DNA of 64,000 nt from Trichodelitschia bisporula (Eukaryota): the NCBI GenBank assembly GCA_010356995.1, contig ML996712.1:1-64000 (forward strand), given 5' to 3'. The notes beneath the pieces were generated by a model. The model was not told the origin of the DNA, did not search any database, and saw only the letters and a program-made list of their open reading frames with translations. The translations under genes were made by a program, and so were the position numbers. This document shows, in pieces, positions 23,312 through 35,302 of the stretch. Each line of letters begins with the position of its first letter. Position 1 is the stretch's first letter.

Positions 23312-24908
23312 CTACGCCGTCTTCTCAGGCACCGCCTCATGCCCCTTAATACTATGCCCCGCAGACCCCGGCTGTGACTGCCCCGCAACCAACGCATGCT
23401 GCTCGAGGATGCTCCAATCCCCAATCTGCTCATCCATAAACTGATCGATATCGAGCCCCATCATCTCCGCCTCCTCGCTCACCCGCAAGTGCAGCCCGGG
23501 GATATACTTCATAACCAGCAAAATCGCGCACGTCACCGTGAAGCTATACGCGCTGATAGCGCATATCTCAGCAAGTTGCTTCCCAACCTGCACGCCATTC
23601 CCATCAATCGCTCCCGGCGCATCCGTCGCCCCGTCCAGCATAGACACCCAGCTCTGCGCAAAGATGCCCGTGAGGAACGAGCCCATCATCCCCCCCACAG
23701 CGTGGAGCTTGAATACTTCCATCCCCTCGTCGATCTTAAGCCACACGTTCAGGTTCTGCAGACTGGCGCACACGACCGCGGTCAAGAAGCCGATCAGCGC
23801 GGCGAGCCACACGGACACGTAGCCCGCGGCGGGCGTGATGCCGACGAGACCGGCAATGGCGCCCTCGCACGCGCCCACGACGCTGAACTTGCGCTTCTTG
23901 ATGTAGTCGACCATGACCCAGCCGAGCACACCCGTCGACGCCGCGGTGTTGGTGTTGAAGGCGGCGAGCATAGCGCGGACCGTACCATTCAGCGCCGAAC
24001 CACCCTAGTCGAGTCAGCCTTGCCAAGGAAAAAGCAAGCATGCGCCCCCACGCGGGGCTCAGCTGCAAGGGGAGTCAGGGGCACCTACGTTGAAGCCGAA
24101 CCAGCCGAACCAAATCAGGACAGTGCCGAGGAAAACCAGCGTCGTGTTATGCGGCTTGTGGTGCGTAACCTCGCCGATATGCTTTCTCTTCCCGAGTACG
24201 AGGGCATAGGCCAGCGCGGCCCAGCCAGACGCGATGTGCACGGGCCCGCCGCCGGCGAAGTCCAGCGAGGGCAGGTTGAAGAGCCAGCCGTTTGCGTTCC
24301 AGGTCCAGCAGGCGATGGGGCAGTAGACGATGGTGGCCCAGATGAAGCTGAAGACGAGGGAGGGGACGATGCGGCCGCGTTCGAAGCTACCACCAATCAC
24401 GATCTGCACGGTGCAGGCGCAGAAGAGCAGCTGGTAGAGGCAGAAGACGATTTCGGGGATGTTGCCGTTGCCGGGCGAGGGCGCGGACATGACGTTCTTC
24501 ATGCCGAAGTTGTCGAGGTTGCCGATGAATTTGTTGGCGCCGCGCGAGTAGGCGAGGGAGTAGCCCTGCGGAGGTTAGGGTTGAAGGGACGAGAGCTGGA
24601 GGGACATACCCAGAACATCCATTGCACCGTCACGACGGAGATGACGCACAGCGACTGGAAGAGCAGGGCCAGCGACGACTTGCGCCGCGCGAGACCGCCA
24701 TACAGAAGGCCGATACCGGGGATGATCAACCAGACGATGGCGGCGCAGAAGAGCAAGTAGGTGTAGTTGAACTCAACGCCGGCATACTGGAGGTTCACGT
24801 CGACGAGGACCGAGTCACCACCGTTTGGGTGCGCAGGATCATACTCGGGAGTCTATGAAAATGGTCAGCCTTGCACGGCGATCAGTGATCAACAAAACTT
24901 ACAGGCAT
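23312..24908 (-). CDS. MEP2: Amt/Mep ammonium transporter, Mep2/MepA-like; introns 24853-24902, 24566-24609 and 24005-24088
   Basis: Spliced model is 472 aa: PGIGLLYGGLARRKS, QWMFWGYSLA, DFAGGGPVH, WFGWFGFNGGSAL, GLVGITPAAGYV, FKLHAVGG (twin His). First coding exon is only ATGCCT. Exact orthologue is inferred. Confidence 0.95.
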
Positions 24909-25089
24909 GTTGGCGACTTCAAAGGAATGAACTTGTCCGATCTCAAAATTGTCTGGGGCTCCGCGTTCTGATATACGACGCGCCGCAAACCCCCATCCCC
25001 AAACACACACAGCGCCCCACACTTGTCCCCAGATACCGGGGCCACACTCGCCTGCGGCGGAGCGGGAGATGTCCAAACATGCTGCTTGG

Positions 25090-25825
25090 CGAGATAAGAA
25101 GCCGCCGGGCGGGACGTTTGGAGCTTGGACGCGTTGGTAACGAAGCCTTCGCCAAGTTGAACGGCGGGACTTGGCTGCAGCGGGGGAATTGGATAAGACG
25201 TGACGGAACGGGAGGACTGTGGGGGAATAGTAGGTCTGTTCATAGGAGCGAGTGTCGCGAACTCACGGCCAAAGTTTCCTGTAAGCTGACTCCTCAATGG
25301 ATGGTGAAGTTTCTGATCATCTCTTCATCGCGCCAAAACATTTATCCCTTTATTTCCGCATCTGGGAGGTCGTACCGCATCCGTGATCCTCTTTCTTCTG
25401 ATCGACCAATCACAGCGGAATTCCGCTCCGCCCCGGCCGGCGGAAGAACAGGAGCGTGGCGGGCGCCAAGTCGATGCCGAGCCTCACGCCTCAGCCACGG
25501 GCGGCGCACGGACTCCGTGGCGCGCGGGCGGGATTATCGCCTGGCCATTCCAATTGTCACTATCAGTCGGCCCGCCGCTGATAAGATACGAACTGTCGAC
25601 ATCAGCCAGTGACTTGACAGCTACACCCAAAACACCCAACGGGCGAATCTCGGCATGGCGCACTGGGAATGTAGGCATGTTGAGATCGCGACGCTCGAGT
25701 GGTTCTAGAAGACGGGCTTTGAATGTTCTGCAACTGCGAGGGTGGTGCGACTCGAGGTATGCTTCGCCGACACCGCGGACATGGGCATGCCAACTCTCGG
25801 GTCCGGTCCAGTTCCTTATCTCGCT
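25090..25825 (-). promoter_or_regulatory. Cluster of GATA sites upstream of the ammonium transporter (AreA/NIT2-type nitrogen control)
   Basis: GATAAG at 25093, 25192 and 25580; CTTATC at 25815; TTTATC at 25341; CTATCA at 25560. Confidence 0.6.
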
Positions 25826-27398
25826 GTTATTAGATTGCGGCACGCAACAGGAGCGGCCTTCTCGTCCACAGCGGTCGCTTGGCGAGTCCTGCGTGGGGAC
25901 GACGAGGCGACTTGAGGCGACATTCTGGCGGCAACGGTTGCCGGTAGCCGGATCGCGAGGCATGGACGCTTTGGCTTCGAATGGAATAGTCCGTGGAGAT
26001 GCTTTATCACCCCACGGGCGCAATGCGCTTTCGCTCCTGGCATCTGCGGGCGCGTTTCCGGTTCGACTCGCAATCAGCCAGACCAGTCATGACTACGCAC
26101 TACGAGGCGGCGTGGGACGCTGCTGTCACGTTGCTGGGCGACGGACTCTGCGAAGGAGCAGCCTCCGGTGGTTGGCTGGGATTGCGCTCCCAGGTGTTTC
26201 GCCGGCTGCATGGCATTCTCGCGTGTTGGTAATTCCCCGGCCCGGCTGCCCCGGCACAGTGGAGGATGGACGCAAGGGAGAGGGGGACCAATGCCGTACG
26301 ACAGGCGCTGGGAGTGCAGACGGAGGCTACTGTGGTACAGTGATACGACAGTCGACGTGGGATGGAGGATGATTTGGAACTGTAGACAAAGGAAACTGGT
26401 CGTGGGTTTTTGAGATTGAGACTGTCGACTATCGCACCATCCCGCGAATGCTCGGAAGATTTGTCTTGGTTCAAGGTAGACTGAAATTGAGTGGAGGATG
26501 GACGTCTTCTTAAAGTATCGCGATCCGGCTGTCGACAGTGGAGTACGTACCCGCCCGTTAGTAATCGCTTCCTCTGTCACCAGCCACCGCCGCCACACAT
26601 TGCACTAGCCACCACAGTCAGCATAGCCAACACCGCCACACCAACTGATGTGGTTATTCAAGGAGCATTCTGATGCAAGCATTGGACATGATGTAATGCG
26701 AGTATGATAGAAGAAAGGGGCAACGGAGGATACTTGGTATTTTAAGTCTCGAGAATCTCTGAATCTCTTCCTCTCCTCTCCTCTCCTCGTCTTCTACTTC
26801 AACCTTCAGTTTACACTGATGTTATTGCCTGTGTACGAGCCCTTCTCCCATCACCAACTACCCGTACGGTACCGTACGCTGTACGGATATACAGGCCGGT
26901 ACCGTAGCTACAGATGCTGCCGTCTCAAGTCAAGTGATTCTGCTGGCTTTCAGCAGCAAAGTCCCTCGCTTATCTCTCTTTGCATCTACTCTCTCTTCCT
27001 ACTACTTTGAATGCGTGTTCGCCAATCAAAATCATCTCAACCTCTCCGTCTGCTCTTTGCCGCATCTCGTCCCGCGCGGCCAAGGACCGGGCGAAAAGTC
27101 GTATGCATCCTGCCTGATAGTCTCTGCTTTGCAATGGGCAAAGAGGCCAGCGAAGGGAGGCTTTGACTTTCCTGGAAGACCGCTACGAGCTTTTCACGTG
27201 GCCGCTGGTCCCTGAAGCCACATGGATTGCTGCGCCAAGACGGGCCGATGGACGCCCGTCGACAACTTTTTCGCCGGCGGTGGCTTTTGATACTCGGAGA
27301 AGAACTTCACCGCCAAACAGACGACCACATCCATTCCTACTCTCTTAAGGGCAATTACTCAATCGCTCTTCTCAACATTCCTCCCTCTCCCTGTCGTC

Positions 27399-30300
27399 AT
27401 GCTCGCGCGGGCTGCGGAGCGAAGGCTAAAGTCCCGGCCTTCCCACCGTCTCAACGCCGCCTTCGAGCAGCTCTACCTCCCATGGCTCTGTCCCGCACAG
27501 TTTCGCCGCCTCGGGGCCACAACCCTCAGCACAAAGGCCACGGCCCTTCCCACATGTGCGTCGGCCAGTCGCAGACGAGCATGTCTCTCACGACCACCCA
27601 AACACACGGCCTCGCGCTCGCTGGCCACCTCCGCCGACCTCTACCCACCACCCCCACAAGACCATATTCCGTTCCTCTCCACCTTCCCCAATAATCCGTC
27701 TCCTAGACAGGCAAATTCAGACGTCTCCCCTGCGCTGCAATCATGGAGTGTCCAGCCGCCCATCGTCATCCACGAAATGATCGCGGGCCCGGCACCCTTG
27801 ATGAGAAAGTCGCGCGGTCTTGGAGGCGACTCCGTAGAGATACACCAGAACCTGCACGCCTGCTGCGCTGTTGGCCGCTACGACCGGGTGGAGAGCGTCC
27901 TGCGCCGCCTCCCAGACCTTTACTTGCCGTGGGCGCCAGAAGTCATCGGGTTACATAACGTCTACTTGCGCAGTTTGGTCGATACTATGGCTGGCGGCAA
28001 CAAGAGCGAGAACATGAACAAGATGACGCATTGGTTCGAGATTGAGATCCGTGGCAACCACCATACCGGTCTTAAGCCGAACGCAGCCACCCTTGCTCTC
28101 ATGATCCGCGGCAGCCTCATGGCCTACTCCGGGAGAGGGCGTGACCGGGGGGTACGCCGGATACTGAACATTGCCGAGGAGTTGGACTTGCTCCACTCGA
28201 CCACCTCGTCCGGCGAGTACACTGAGGAGGAATGGCAAGAACTGATGGCCATTGCGCACGGCACCTCGCCACAACTTGCGCCGGCAACGAAGGCCGCTCA
28301 CAAAACCACTGAGGCGGCGCCCCGCGCGGATCCCACCAAAGGACCAGAAATCCTACCCATGTTTCAAAAAGGCCTCGGGCTGGTGACCCTCAAGCGGTCC
28401 CTCGTTACGGTCGACAACGACGAACAGGTCCCTTACCCACACCACATCGAGGGTACGGACGCCGACAGGCACCGCTCATGGATGCGCATGCGCCAGGAGC
28501 AGGTCGAGAAGGATGTGGTTGATGCGGCCATTGAGCGCTGGCGCGAGGAGAACGAGAAGATGCAGAACATGGGCATCAACACGAGCCTCTCTAAGCCCTC
28601 TCTGGATGCCGTCCTGTGGGAATGGCAATCAGAAATGGAGCGCTCCCTCAAAGCGGAACTAGTCGAGATCCGCAAGCTGCTCACATCGGCTAAGACTTCT
28701 GATGCGCGTTTTGCCTATGGCACGTACCTGGAGGCCGTGAGCGCCGATAAACTTGCCGCCATTACCATCATCACCGTCCTCTCGCTTTACGCCTCTGACG
28801 GCGTCGAAAAGGGCATCTCCATCAGCAGACTCACCGCGCAGATGGGTAAGAAGGTTGAAAATGAGGCCAAGAGCAGCCGCCCAAAGACGAACAAGCACCG
28901 ATCCGACAAGCGTGACGTCGAGGCCCAGCGCTCGCGTGCCGTGCATGAGCTATCGGGCCAAGCGGAGCCCACGGGCGGTTCCCGACTGGGCGACTCGCCG
29001 GAAGTCCTAGACGAGCGGCTGACGCTCAGCAAGGCTGACGAGTGGCCCACCGGTATCAAAATTCACATCGGCGCCTTGCTGCTGGGTAAACTCATCGACG
29101 TAGCCAAGATCCCAGCGTACGAGGACGTGGCCGCGCCTGATGGTTCGACAAAACGTAAGGCAACGCTCGAGCCCGCCTTCCGCCATGAGCTCGTTGCGGA
29201 GCGCGGCAAGAACATTGGCAAGTTTTTTTGCCATGCGGCGCTTTTGGAGCGCCTCATGAGCGAACCGCTCAGTATTGCGTTTGGCAGTGCCTTGCCCATG
29301 CTGGTGGAGCCGAAGCCGTGGAGGGGCCTCAAGGAGGGCGCTTACCTGCGCGACTCGTCGAATCTGGTCCGGCACAAGTCCCGTGACCCGCTGCAAGAGA
29401 TGTACCTGATGACTGCTTCTGACCGTGGCGACCTCGACCAGATCTACAAAGGGCTCGATGTGCTCGGGAAGACGGCGTGGCGCATCAACAAGTCCGTTTT
29501 CCGTGTCATGACGGAAGCATGGAATACGGGCGAGGCCATTGCCAAAATTCCGCCGATCAAAGTCGACGTCGAGTACCCGCCGGAACCGGACGCTTCGGCA
29601 ACACCAAGGGAGCGGATGCAGTGGCGTCATGCATGCCAACTCATCGAGAATGATAAGATGGGCCTTCACTCGAATCGATGCTTCATCAATCTGCAGATGG
29701 AGGTTGCGCGCGCCTTTCAAGACCACACCTTCTATTACCCGCACAACATCGACTTCCGCGGCCGCGCGTACCCTCTCCCGCCCTACCTCAACCACATGGG
29801 CGCCGACCATGCGCGCGGCTTGCTCATCTTCGACAAGGGCAAGGAGCTGGGCGAGCACGGGCTCAAGTGGCTGAAGGTGCAGCTGGCGAACGTGTACGGG
29901 TTCGACAAGGCGAGTCTGACGGAGCGCGAGCAGTTCGCTACAGATCACGTGGACGACATCTTCGACTCCGCGACGAATCCCCTCGGCGGCCAGAAGTGGT
30001 GGCTCAAGGCTGAGGATCCCTGGCAGTGCCTCGCGGCCTGCATGGACCTCAAAGCCGCCCTCGAGTCGCCCGACCCGAGCAAGTACGTCTCCCATCTGCC
30101 CGTGCACCAGGACGGGACGTGCAACGGCCTGCAGCACTACGCCGCGCTCGGTGGCGATGCCATTGGCGCCGCGCAAGTCAACCTCACGCCCGGCGACCGG
30201 CCGGCCGACATCTACAGCGCCGTCGCAACTCTGGTGCGCGACTCAGTGACGGAAGACGCAAAACAGGGCCACAAAATTGCCCAGGAACTCGAGGGCCTCA

Positions 30301-31580
30301 TCATGCGCAAAGTCGTCAAGCAAACCGTCATGACCAACGTGTACGGCGTGACCTTCGTCGGCGCCCGCGACCAAGTCGAGCGCCAACTCGACGCCTTGAC
30401 CCCCGAGGGCCGCGGCAACCCCAACTTCTACCGCGCCGCCTACGTCACGGGCAAGGTGTTCGAGGCCCTGCAGCATATGTTCTCCGGCGCGCATGCGATT
30501 CAGTACTGGCTTGCTGAGTGTGCGATGCGGATTAGTTGCGCTATTACGCCGGGCCAGGTCGAGCGCATACGCGGGCAGCTCGAGGGGCGCCACGCCGCTG
30601 ACTACTTTCCGGGCAAGTTCAACCGCGACGCCGCGCTGTACGCCGCGAGTCGGAGCTTCCGCAGTCATAAACCGGCGTTCACTAAGGCGAGCCTGGTGCT
30701 CGAGTTCCGCTCCTCCGTCATGTGGACCACGCCGCTGCGCCTGCCCGTCGTGCAACCCTACCGCGCGACCCGCATCCGCGAAATCAAAACCGAGCTGCAG
30801 CAAATCGCGCTCCGCGAACCGCGGTCCCACGACCCCATCTCGCGGAGGAAACAGCTCCAGGCCTTCCCACCCAACTTCATCCACTCCCTCGATGCGACGC
30901 ACATGCTCCTCTCGGCGCTCAAGTGTGATGAAATAGGGCTTACGTTCGCGGCCGTGCATGACAGTTTCTGGACCCACGCCTCGGACATCCCGGTCATGAA
31001 TAGAGTCCTGCGGGATGCGTTTGTGCGCATGCATCAGGAGGACATCATGGGGCGCCTCGGGGAGGAGTTCGACGTTAAGTACAAGGGGTGCTTGCGGCTG
31101 ATGAGCGTTCCCGCGGCGGGCGAGGCTGCAAAGCAGATACGCAAGCTGCGTCGCCGTCAGCCGCGGAGGCGCGGCGCGGTGCTGTTCGAGGAGCTGGTTA
31201 TTGAGCGGGATCGCCAGGTTCTGCTGGCCTCGGCGGATCCGGAAGAGAAGCAGAGGGGCGCGGAGATGGTGACCCCGGCGTCGATATACGAGGCGCTGGA
31301 GGCGCAGGGCTTGGTTGAGGGGAAGAGCGAGGTGGTGGATCTCTTGACCGAAGCGGGCGCGCAGCCGGACCTGGATCTGGAAGAAGACGTCGAGGACGTC
31401 GAGGACGTGGCCGAGAAAGAGGAGGACGCCAGCGACGCAGAAAACGACGCGCCCAAGCCCCGCAAAAAGCCCCGGAACCACAAACTCCAGTTCTGGGTCC
31501 CGCTCTCCTTCCCTCCCGTTCCGGTGCGCGGCGAGTTCGACGTCGCGCAGTTGAAGGAGAGCCAGTATTTTTTTTCCTGA
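27399..31580 (+). CDS. RPO41: Mitochondrial DNA-directed RNA polymerase (single-subunit, T7-like)
   Basis: 1393-aa intronless ORF with an Arg-rich presequence; YPHNIDFRGRAYP, PVHQDGTCNGLQHYAALGGD, RKVVKQTVMTNVYGVT, AFPPNFIHSLDATHM, VHDSFWTHA; ends SQYFFS. Confidence 0.98.
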   Translation: MLARAAERRLKSRPSHRLNAAFEQLYLPWLCPAQFRRLGATTLSTKATALPTCASASRRRACLSRPPKHTASRSLATSADLYPPPPQDHIPFLSTFPNNPSPRQANSDVSPALQSWSVQPPIVIHEMIAGPAPLMRKSRGLGGDSVEIHQNLHACCAVGRYDRVESVLRRLPDLYLPWAPEVIGLHNVYLRSLVDTMAGGNKSENMNKMTHWFEIEIRGNHHTGLKPNAATLALMIRGSLMAYSGRGRDRGVRRILNIAEELDLLHSTTSSGEYTEEEWQELMAIAHGTSPQLAPATKAAHKTTEAAPRADPTKGPEILPMFQKGLGLVTLKRSLVTVDNDEQVPYPHHIEGTDADRHRSWMRMRQEQVEKDVVDAAIERWREENEKMQNMGINTSLSKPSLDAVLWEWQSEMERSLKAELVEIRKLLTSAKTSDARFAYGTYLEAVSADKLAAITIITVLSLYASDGVEKGISISRLTAQMGKKVENEAKSSRPKTNKHRSDKRDVEAQRSRAVHELSGQAEPTGGSRLGDSPEVLDERLTLSKADEWPTGIKIHIGALLLGKLIDVAKIPAYEDVAAPDGSTKRKATLEPAFRHELVAERGKNIGKFFCHAALLERLMSEPLSIAFGSALPMLVEPKPWRGLKEGAYLRDSSNLVRHKSRDPLQEMYLMTASDRGDLDQIYKGLDVLGKTAWRINKSVFRVMTEAWNTGEAIAKIPPIKVDVEYPPEPDASATPRERMQWRHACQLIENDKMGLHSNRCFINLQMEVARAFQDHTFYYPHNIDFRGRAYPLPPYLNHMGADHARGLLIFDKGKELGEHGLKWLKVQLANVYGFDKASLTEREQFATDHVDDIFDSATNPLGGQKWWLKAEDPWQCLAACMDLKAALESPDPSKYVSHLPVHQDGTCNGLQHYAALGGDAIGAAQVNLTPGDRPADIYSAVATLVRDSVTEDAKQGHKIAQELEGLIMRKVVKQTVMTNVYGVTFVGARDQVERQLDALTPEGRGNPNFYRAAYVTGKVFEALQHMFSGAHAIQYWLAECAMRISCAITPGQVERIRGQLEGRHAADYFPGKFNRDAALYAASRSFRSHKPAFTKASLVLEFRSSVMWTTPLRLPVVQPYRATRIREIKTELQQIALREPRSHDPISRRKQLQAFPPNFIHSLDATHMLLSALKCDEIGLTFAAVHDSFWTHASDIPVMNRVLRDAFVRMHQEDIMGRLGEEFDVKYKGCLRLMSVPAAGEAAKQIRKLRRRQPRRRGAVLFEELVIERDRQVLLASADPEEKQRGAEMVTPASIYEALEAQGLVEGKSEVVDLLTEAGAQPDLDLEEDVEDVEDVAEKEEDASDAENDAPKPRKKPRNHKLQFWVPLSFPPVPVRGEFDVAQLKESQYFFS

Positions 31581-32174
31581 ATGGCGTTCCGGAAAGGGAA
31601 AGGAGGTGGAGGGTAAGGAGGGGGGTGGAGGATTTGGGGGGGTGGAAGGCTTTTGGGAGGGCGGCGTTTGGGTTGTGGGTTGAACGGACTTATGGTAGAC
31701 GGCGTCGGGGTAGGAGTACTCGTATTTAGCGGGGGGAGGGGGGGAGCGGATCTGTTGGTGGGGTTGTATGATAGGGTGTAAATAGTATGATGGGATGGCT
31801 ACGATTTACGCGGCTTTGAAATACTCGCGATGCTGCCCTGCCATTGACGTCGTCTCGCCCGCCAGCCTGAATCCAGATCAGGCAACCCACCCCTCCCAAA
31901 CTTACCTAGCGCCTTGGCATGCCCGCCCGCCACAACCGCACTGGACAGGGATCCCGAATCATCACCACCACGTCTCCGTTTACACATCACCACGCCCACC
32001 AGCCGTCTCTCCACTCCCGCACACACAATCGCATGCTTTACTCCATGCCATCTTTCCACCAACCTTACCCCTCCCATCGCCATCATCTCTCCCGCCTACC
32101 CTCCACCTCCCGCACCCGCCCTTCCTACCCGCAGACATACCCGACTCCGCAGCCATAGCCGACACAGCATCAGC

Positions 32175-34620
32175 ATGGCAGACGCACCACCCACCCGCCC
32201 CCTCTCCGCCCGCCGTCCCTCCATGCGCGAAGCCGGGAATGACCCGCTCTCCGCCTCCCTCGCGACGAGTCCGATCCAGCCCCCGCGCCCGACGAGCGCG
32301 CGCAGCGCCAGTGGGATACATGCCCCGCGCCCGGTCTCGGCGGGGCAGGGCAGGCCGCCAGGTTCGAGGGGAAACACGCAGCCCTCGAGGGGAAACACAC
32401 AGTCACCGTCTTCTATGTCGCCTGCGTCCAGCATCGGGAGTCTGCCCTACCGGCCGAGCACGGGGAGTCTATCGACGCTACTGACCAACACACGTGATTC
32501 GAGTCTCGGTCTCCTGTCGAGTCTGACGGAGCGCAGTCCGAGGGGGAGTGGGGGGAGTACGCCGACGGGGCCGGGGGCTGTGCTCGGGTCCACCCTTACA
32601 TCCACAATCAACCCCTCCGCCTCCGCCTCCCTCCCCTCCGACGCCTTCCAGGCCTCCCACCCCTCCCACCCGGCCCTTCCACCCGACCCCCGCACCACCC
32701 TCCTCCGCTCTTTCGCCCCCCACATCGCTGTCCTTGCATCAGAAGACACGCAAGCGCTCCTCGCACGCAAAGGCCTACGCGGCGGGCTCTTACAGTTGAT
32801 AAGGCCGTTCGGCGAGCGCGTGCCCGGTCGTGTTACGATTAGGGATAGTGTGGGCGCGAGTCGGGCGTGGGCTGATTTTGGGGTTCGGTTTGTGGGGTTG
32901 GGGGAGAGGGGGGGAGGGGGGGATGTCCGGGGTGTGGAAGAAGAGGTTGAGAGGGCGGTGCAGGGTTTGGAGGCCAGGGGGGAGGGAGATGATGGGGGCG
33001 CGTTGTGGAATGCATTCCTGAGGAGGGTACTGCGTGAACAGCCGCTGGGCCCGGCGGAGACGTTTGCGCATCCGGTTGCGTGTGTTGTTGCGATATCGAG
33101 TGGGAATGGGGCGCCGATTGAGAGTTTGAGGAGGCTGTATGCGGCGACGAATGAGGGGCAGAGGGTGCCGGCTTGGGTGGATAATGAGTATTTGCGGTAT
33201 TATGTCCTCGTGCATGATGAGGATGGGCATGATATTGCGAAGAGTACGGCGTTGTATGAGCAGATGAAGAGGCATTTTGGGTTGCATTGCCATCTGCTGA
33301 GGGTGAGGAGTGCGGTTTGTGTGGCGAGCGATGATGATGGGGTTCCCTTGCCTTCATGCGAGTGGGGAGGAGATGAGGGCGTGGATGATGACGAGGGAGA
33401 CGAAGGTATCTCAACCCCCCACGAGAAAGGCGTATACTAACTCTATAGACTCACCCCCGCCCTACATCTTCGAATCCGACATAACCGCCCTCTCAACCTT
33501 CATCCGCTCCCTAATAACCCAATCCCTGCTCCCAAGCATGGAACGCAACACCGCCATTTGGAACGAGCAAATCGCCACCCGCCGAAGGGGCCTCTCAGGC
33601 CGCTTAATGTCTCTCTCCAAGCGCTGGAACCCGCTTGCCTCCACTGCCCGCGCCGGCTCCCCGGCTCCGACTACTTCGAACTACGATCCCGCCACCGGGT
33701 ACTACAAGCCTGGGAGCCCGGAGGCGCTGATGAGGCGGTTGGCGGATTGGGCGTTCCTGCTGAGGGACTTTAAGTTGGCGGGCAGTGTGTATGAATTGGT
33801 GAGGGCGGATGCGGAGGCGGATCGTGCGTGGGCGCATTTGGGGGCTGCGTGTGAGATGAGTGCTGTTTGCACTCTCTTGCTAAACACCCCCACCACCGCC
33901 ACATCTACCCCCTCCTCAACCACCACACCCAACGCCCCCTTCGAGCCCCTCGTCACCTCATTACTCTTTTCTGCGAAGAAATCACCCGCCTTGGCTGCTC
34001 TCCCTCGTACACTGGAAACAGCCCTGCACACCTACACCCAGCGCACAGGCACGCCCCTCTCCGCCCTGCGCACCATCCTACTCACCTCTGAGCTGCTCGC
34101 CACGAGGCCAGACGCGAGTGCAGATGAAGCACCGCTCCTTCTGGCTAGGGCGTTGGAGATGGGCCTTGGCTCTGTTGGGGGGGCGTTGGTTGCAGAGCGG
34201 GTGGCGGGGATGTATGCTGCTAGACCGGGGATGGGGGCGGGGTTGGGAGGCGAGACGGGACTAGGGGGTAAGGGACTGGGTATGAGGAAGAGGAAGGGGG
34301 GGTTCTGGGCTTGGAGGGCGGCGGAGGGGTGGGTTGCTCTTGGAGTTGTTGGGAGAGGGGTGGAAATGCTGAGGGCGTTGGAAGGATATGGAGTAGAGTG
34401 GGAGGGAATTGTGGAGGGATTGGAGGGGTTGAGATTGAAGCTGGGAGATGGAGAGATGGAGGAGGGGGAAGGGGAAGAGGGGGAAGTGGAAGTGGAGGTT
34501 AGTCAGGCGTTGCAGATCGGGCATCGGCGGGGACGAAGTAGGGCGGGCGTTGGTGTTGGGGCTGCGGTAGGAGTTACGGAGGTTGAGAGGGGCGTGGGGG
34601 AAGGGGAGGGGTTTGAGTGA
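32175..34620 (+). CDS. TRS85: TRAPPIII subunit Trs85/TRAPPC8; intron 33406-33448
   Basis: LLRSFAPHIAV, ETFAHPVACVVAISS, YLRYYVLVHDE, MKRHFGLHCHLLR, SPEALMRRLADWAFLLRDFKLA; 800 aa when spliced. Confidence 0.93.
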
Positions 34621-34940
34621 TTGAGGGCGATTTTCTGGCGCTTTAGCGGGTTAGCGTAGATGATATCGGGATAGATGTATGAGTAGATGGGTTGACGACG
34701 TCTTGTGGTGATCTTGATGGTGTTCAGGGGGACTGGGAGTGGTGGTTGGCGAGGCATATGACTTAAAGACTCACAACCTGATTCTTTCACCTAGAATTCG
34801 AGTTGTTTAACAGTTGTTGCATCACCAGAGGTCCCGAGATCAACTTGGGCTTGTTGGGGGAATTGTCCAATTTTTCCTGATACTTTGCTCGGTTTAGGTT
34901 GTCTCCCAAAAAGGACCCCAAAGCACCCAACACGAACTTC

Positions 34941-35036
34941 ACAACAACAGAAAATAGTCACAACACATCACGATTCACAATCTCGAACACAACAACAGAA
35001 AATAGTCACAACACATCACGATTCACAATCTCGAAC
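34941..35036. repeat. Perfect 48-bp tandem duplication
   Basis: ACAACAACAGAAAATAGTCACAACACATCACGATTCACAATCTCGAAC at 34941 and 34989. Confidence 0.95.
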
Positions 35037-35302
35037 AAGCGAAAGATGCATCCATTCTGGACCTTACGTAGTAAACCAGAAATGAGTAGAAAGACACCAA
35101 AACTCAACCACCATTCTAAACCCATAATCTTCGACTCCAAAAAAAAAAAACGACCAGAAAGCCACCAATCCTAAACCTCTATCTCCTAACTCCAAAAACG
35201 ATAGCAAGTCCAAAGAAAACGACAGCAACATGAACCAAAAATAACATATACCCGTGACTCATCACCCGCACACCAAAACACCCAATCTCCAAAATCCCCA
35301 CC

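Noticed and set aside
23396..24760. 454-aa plus-strand ORF
   Set aside because: Antisense shadow of the GC3-rich ammonium transporter; no recognisable protein features.
26055..26085. tRNA-like GGTTCGA motif (also near 54670)
   Set aside because: No cloverleaf, A box or acceptor stem could be built around it.
24767..26600. 281-aa and 329-aa ORFs upstream of MEP2
   Set aside because: Non-ATG starts, Arg-rich random composition and no codon bias. The region reads as a GATA-rich promoter.
26863..26878. 16-bp perfect palindrome CGTACGGTACCGTACG
   Set aside because: Real but isolated in GTAC-rich low-complexity sequence, with no supporting context.
27399..31580. Phage or linear-plasmid RNA polymerase acquired by horizontal transfer
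   Set aside because: It has a mitochondrial presequence, a long N-terminal extension and housekeeping neighbours, so it is the ordinary nuclear-encoded RPO41.
34941..35036. 48-bp duplication as a functional element
   Set aside because: A simple two-copy slippage or assembly duplication in a convergent 3' intergenic region.
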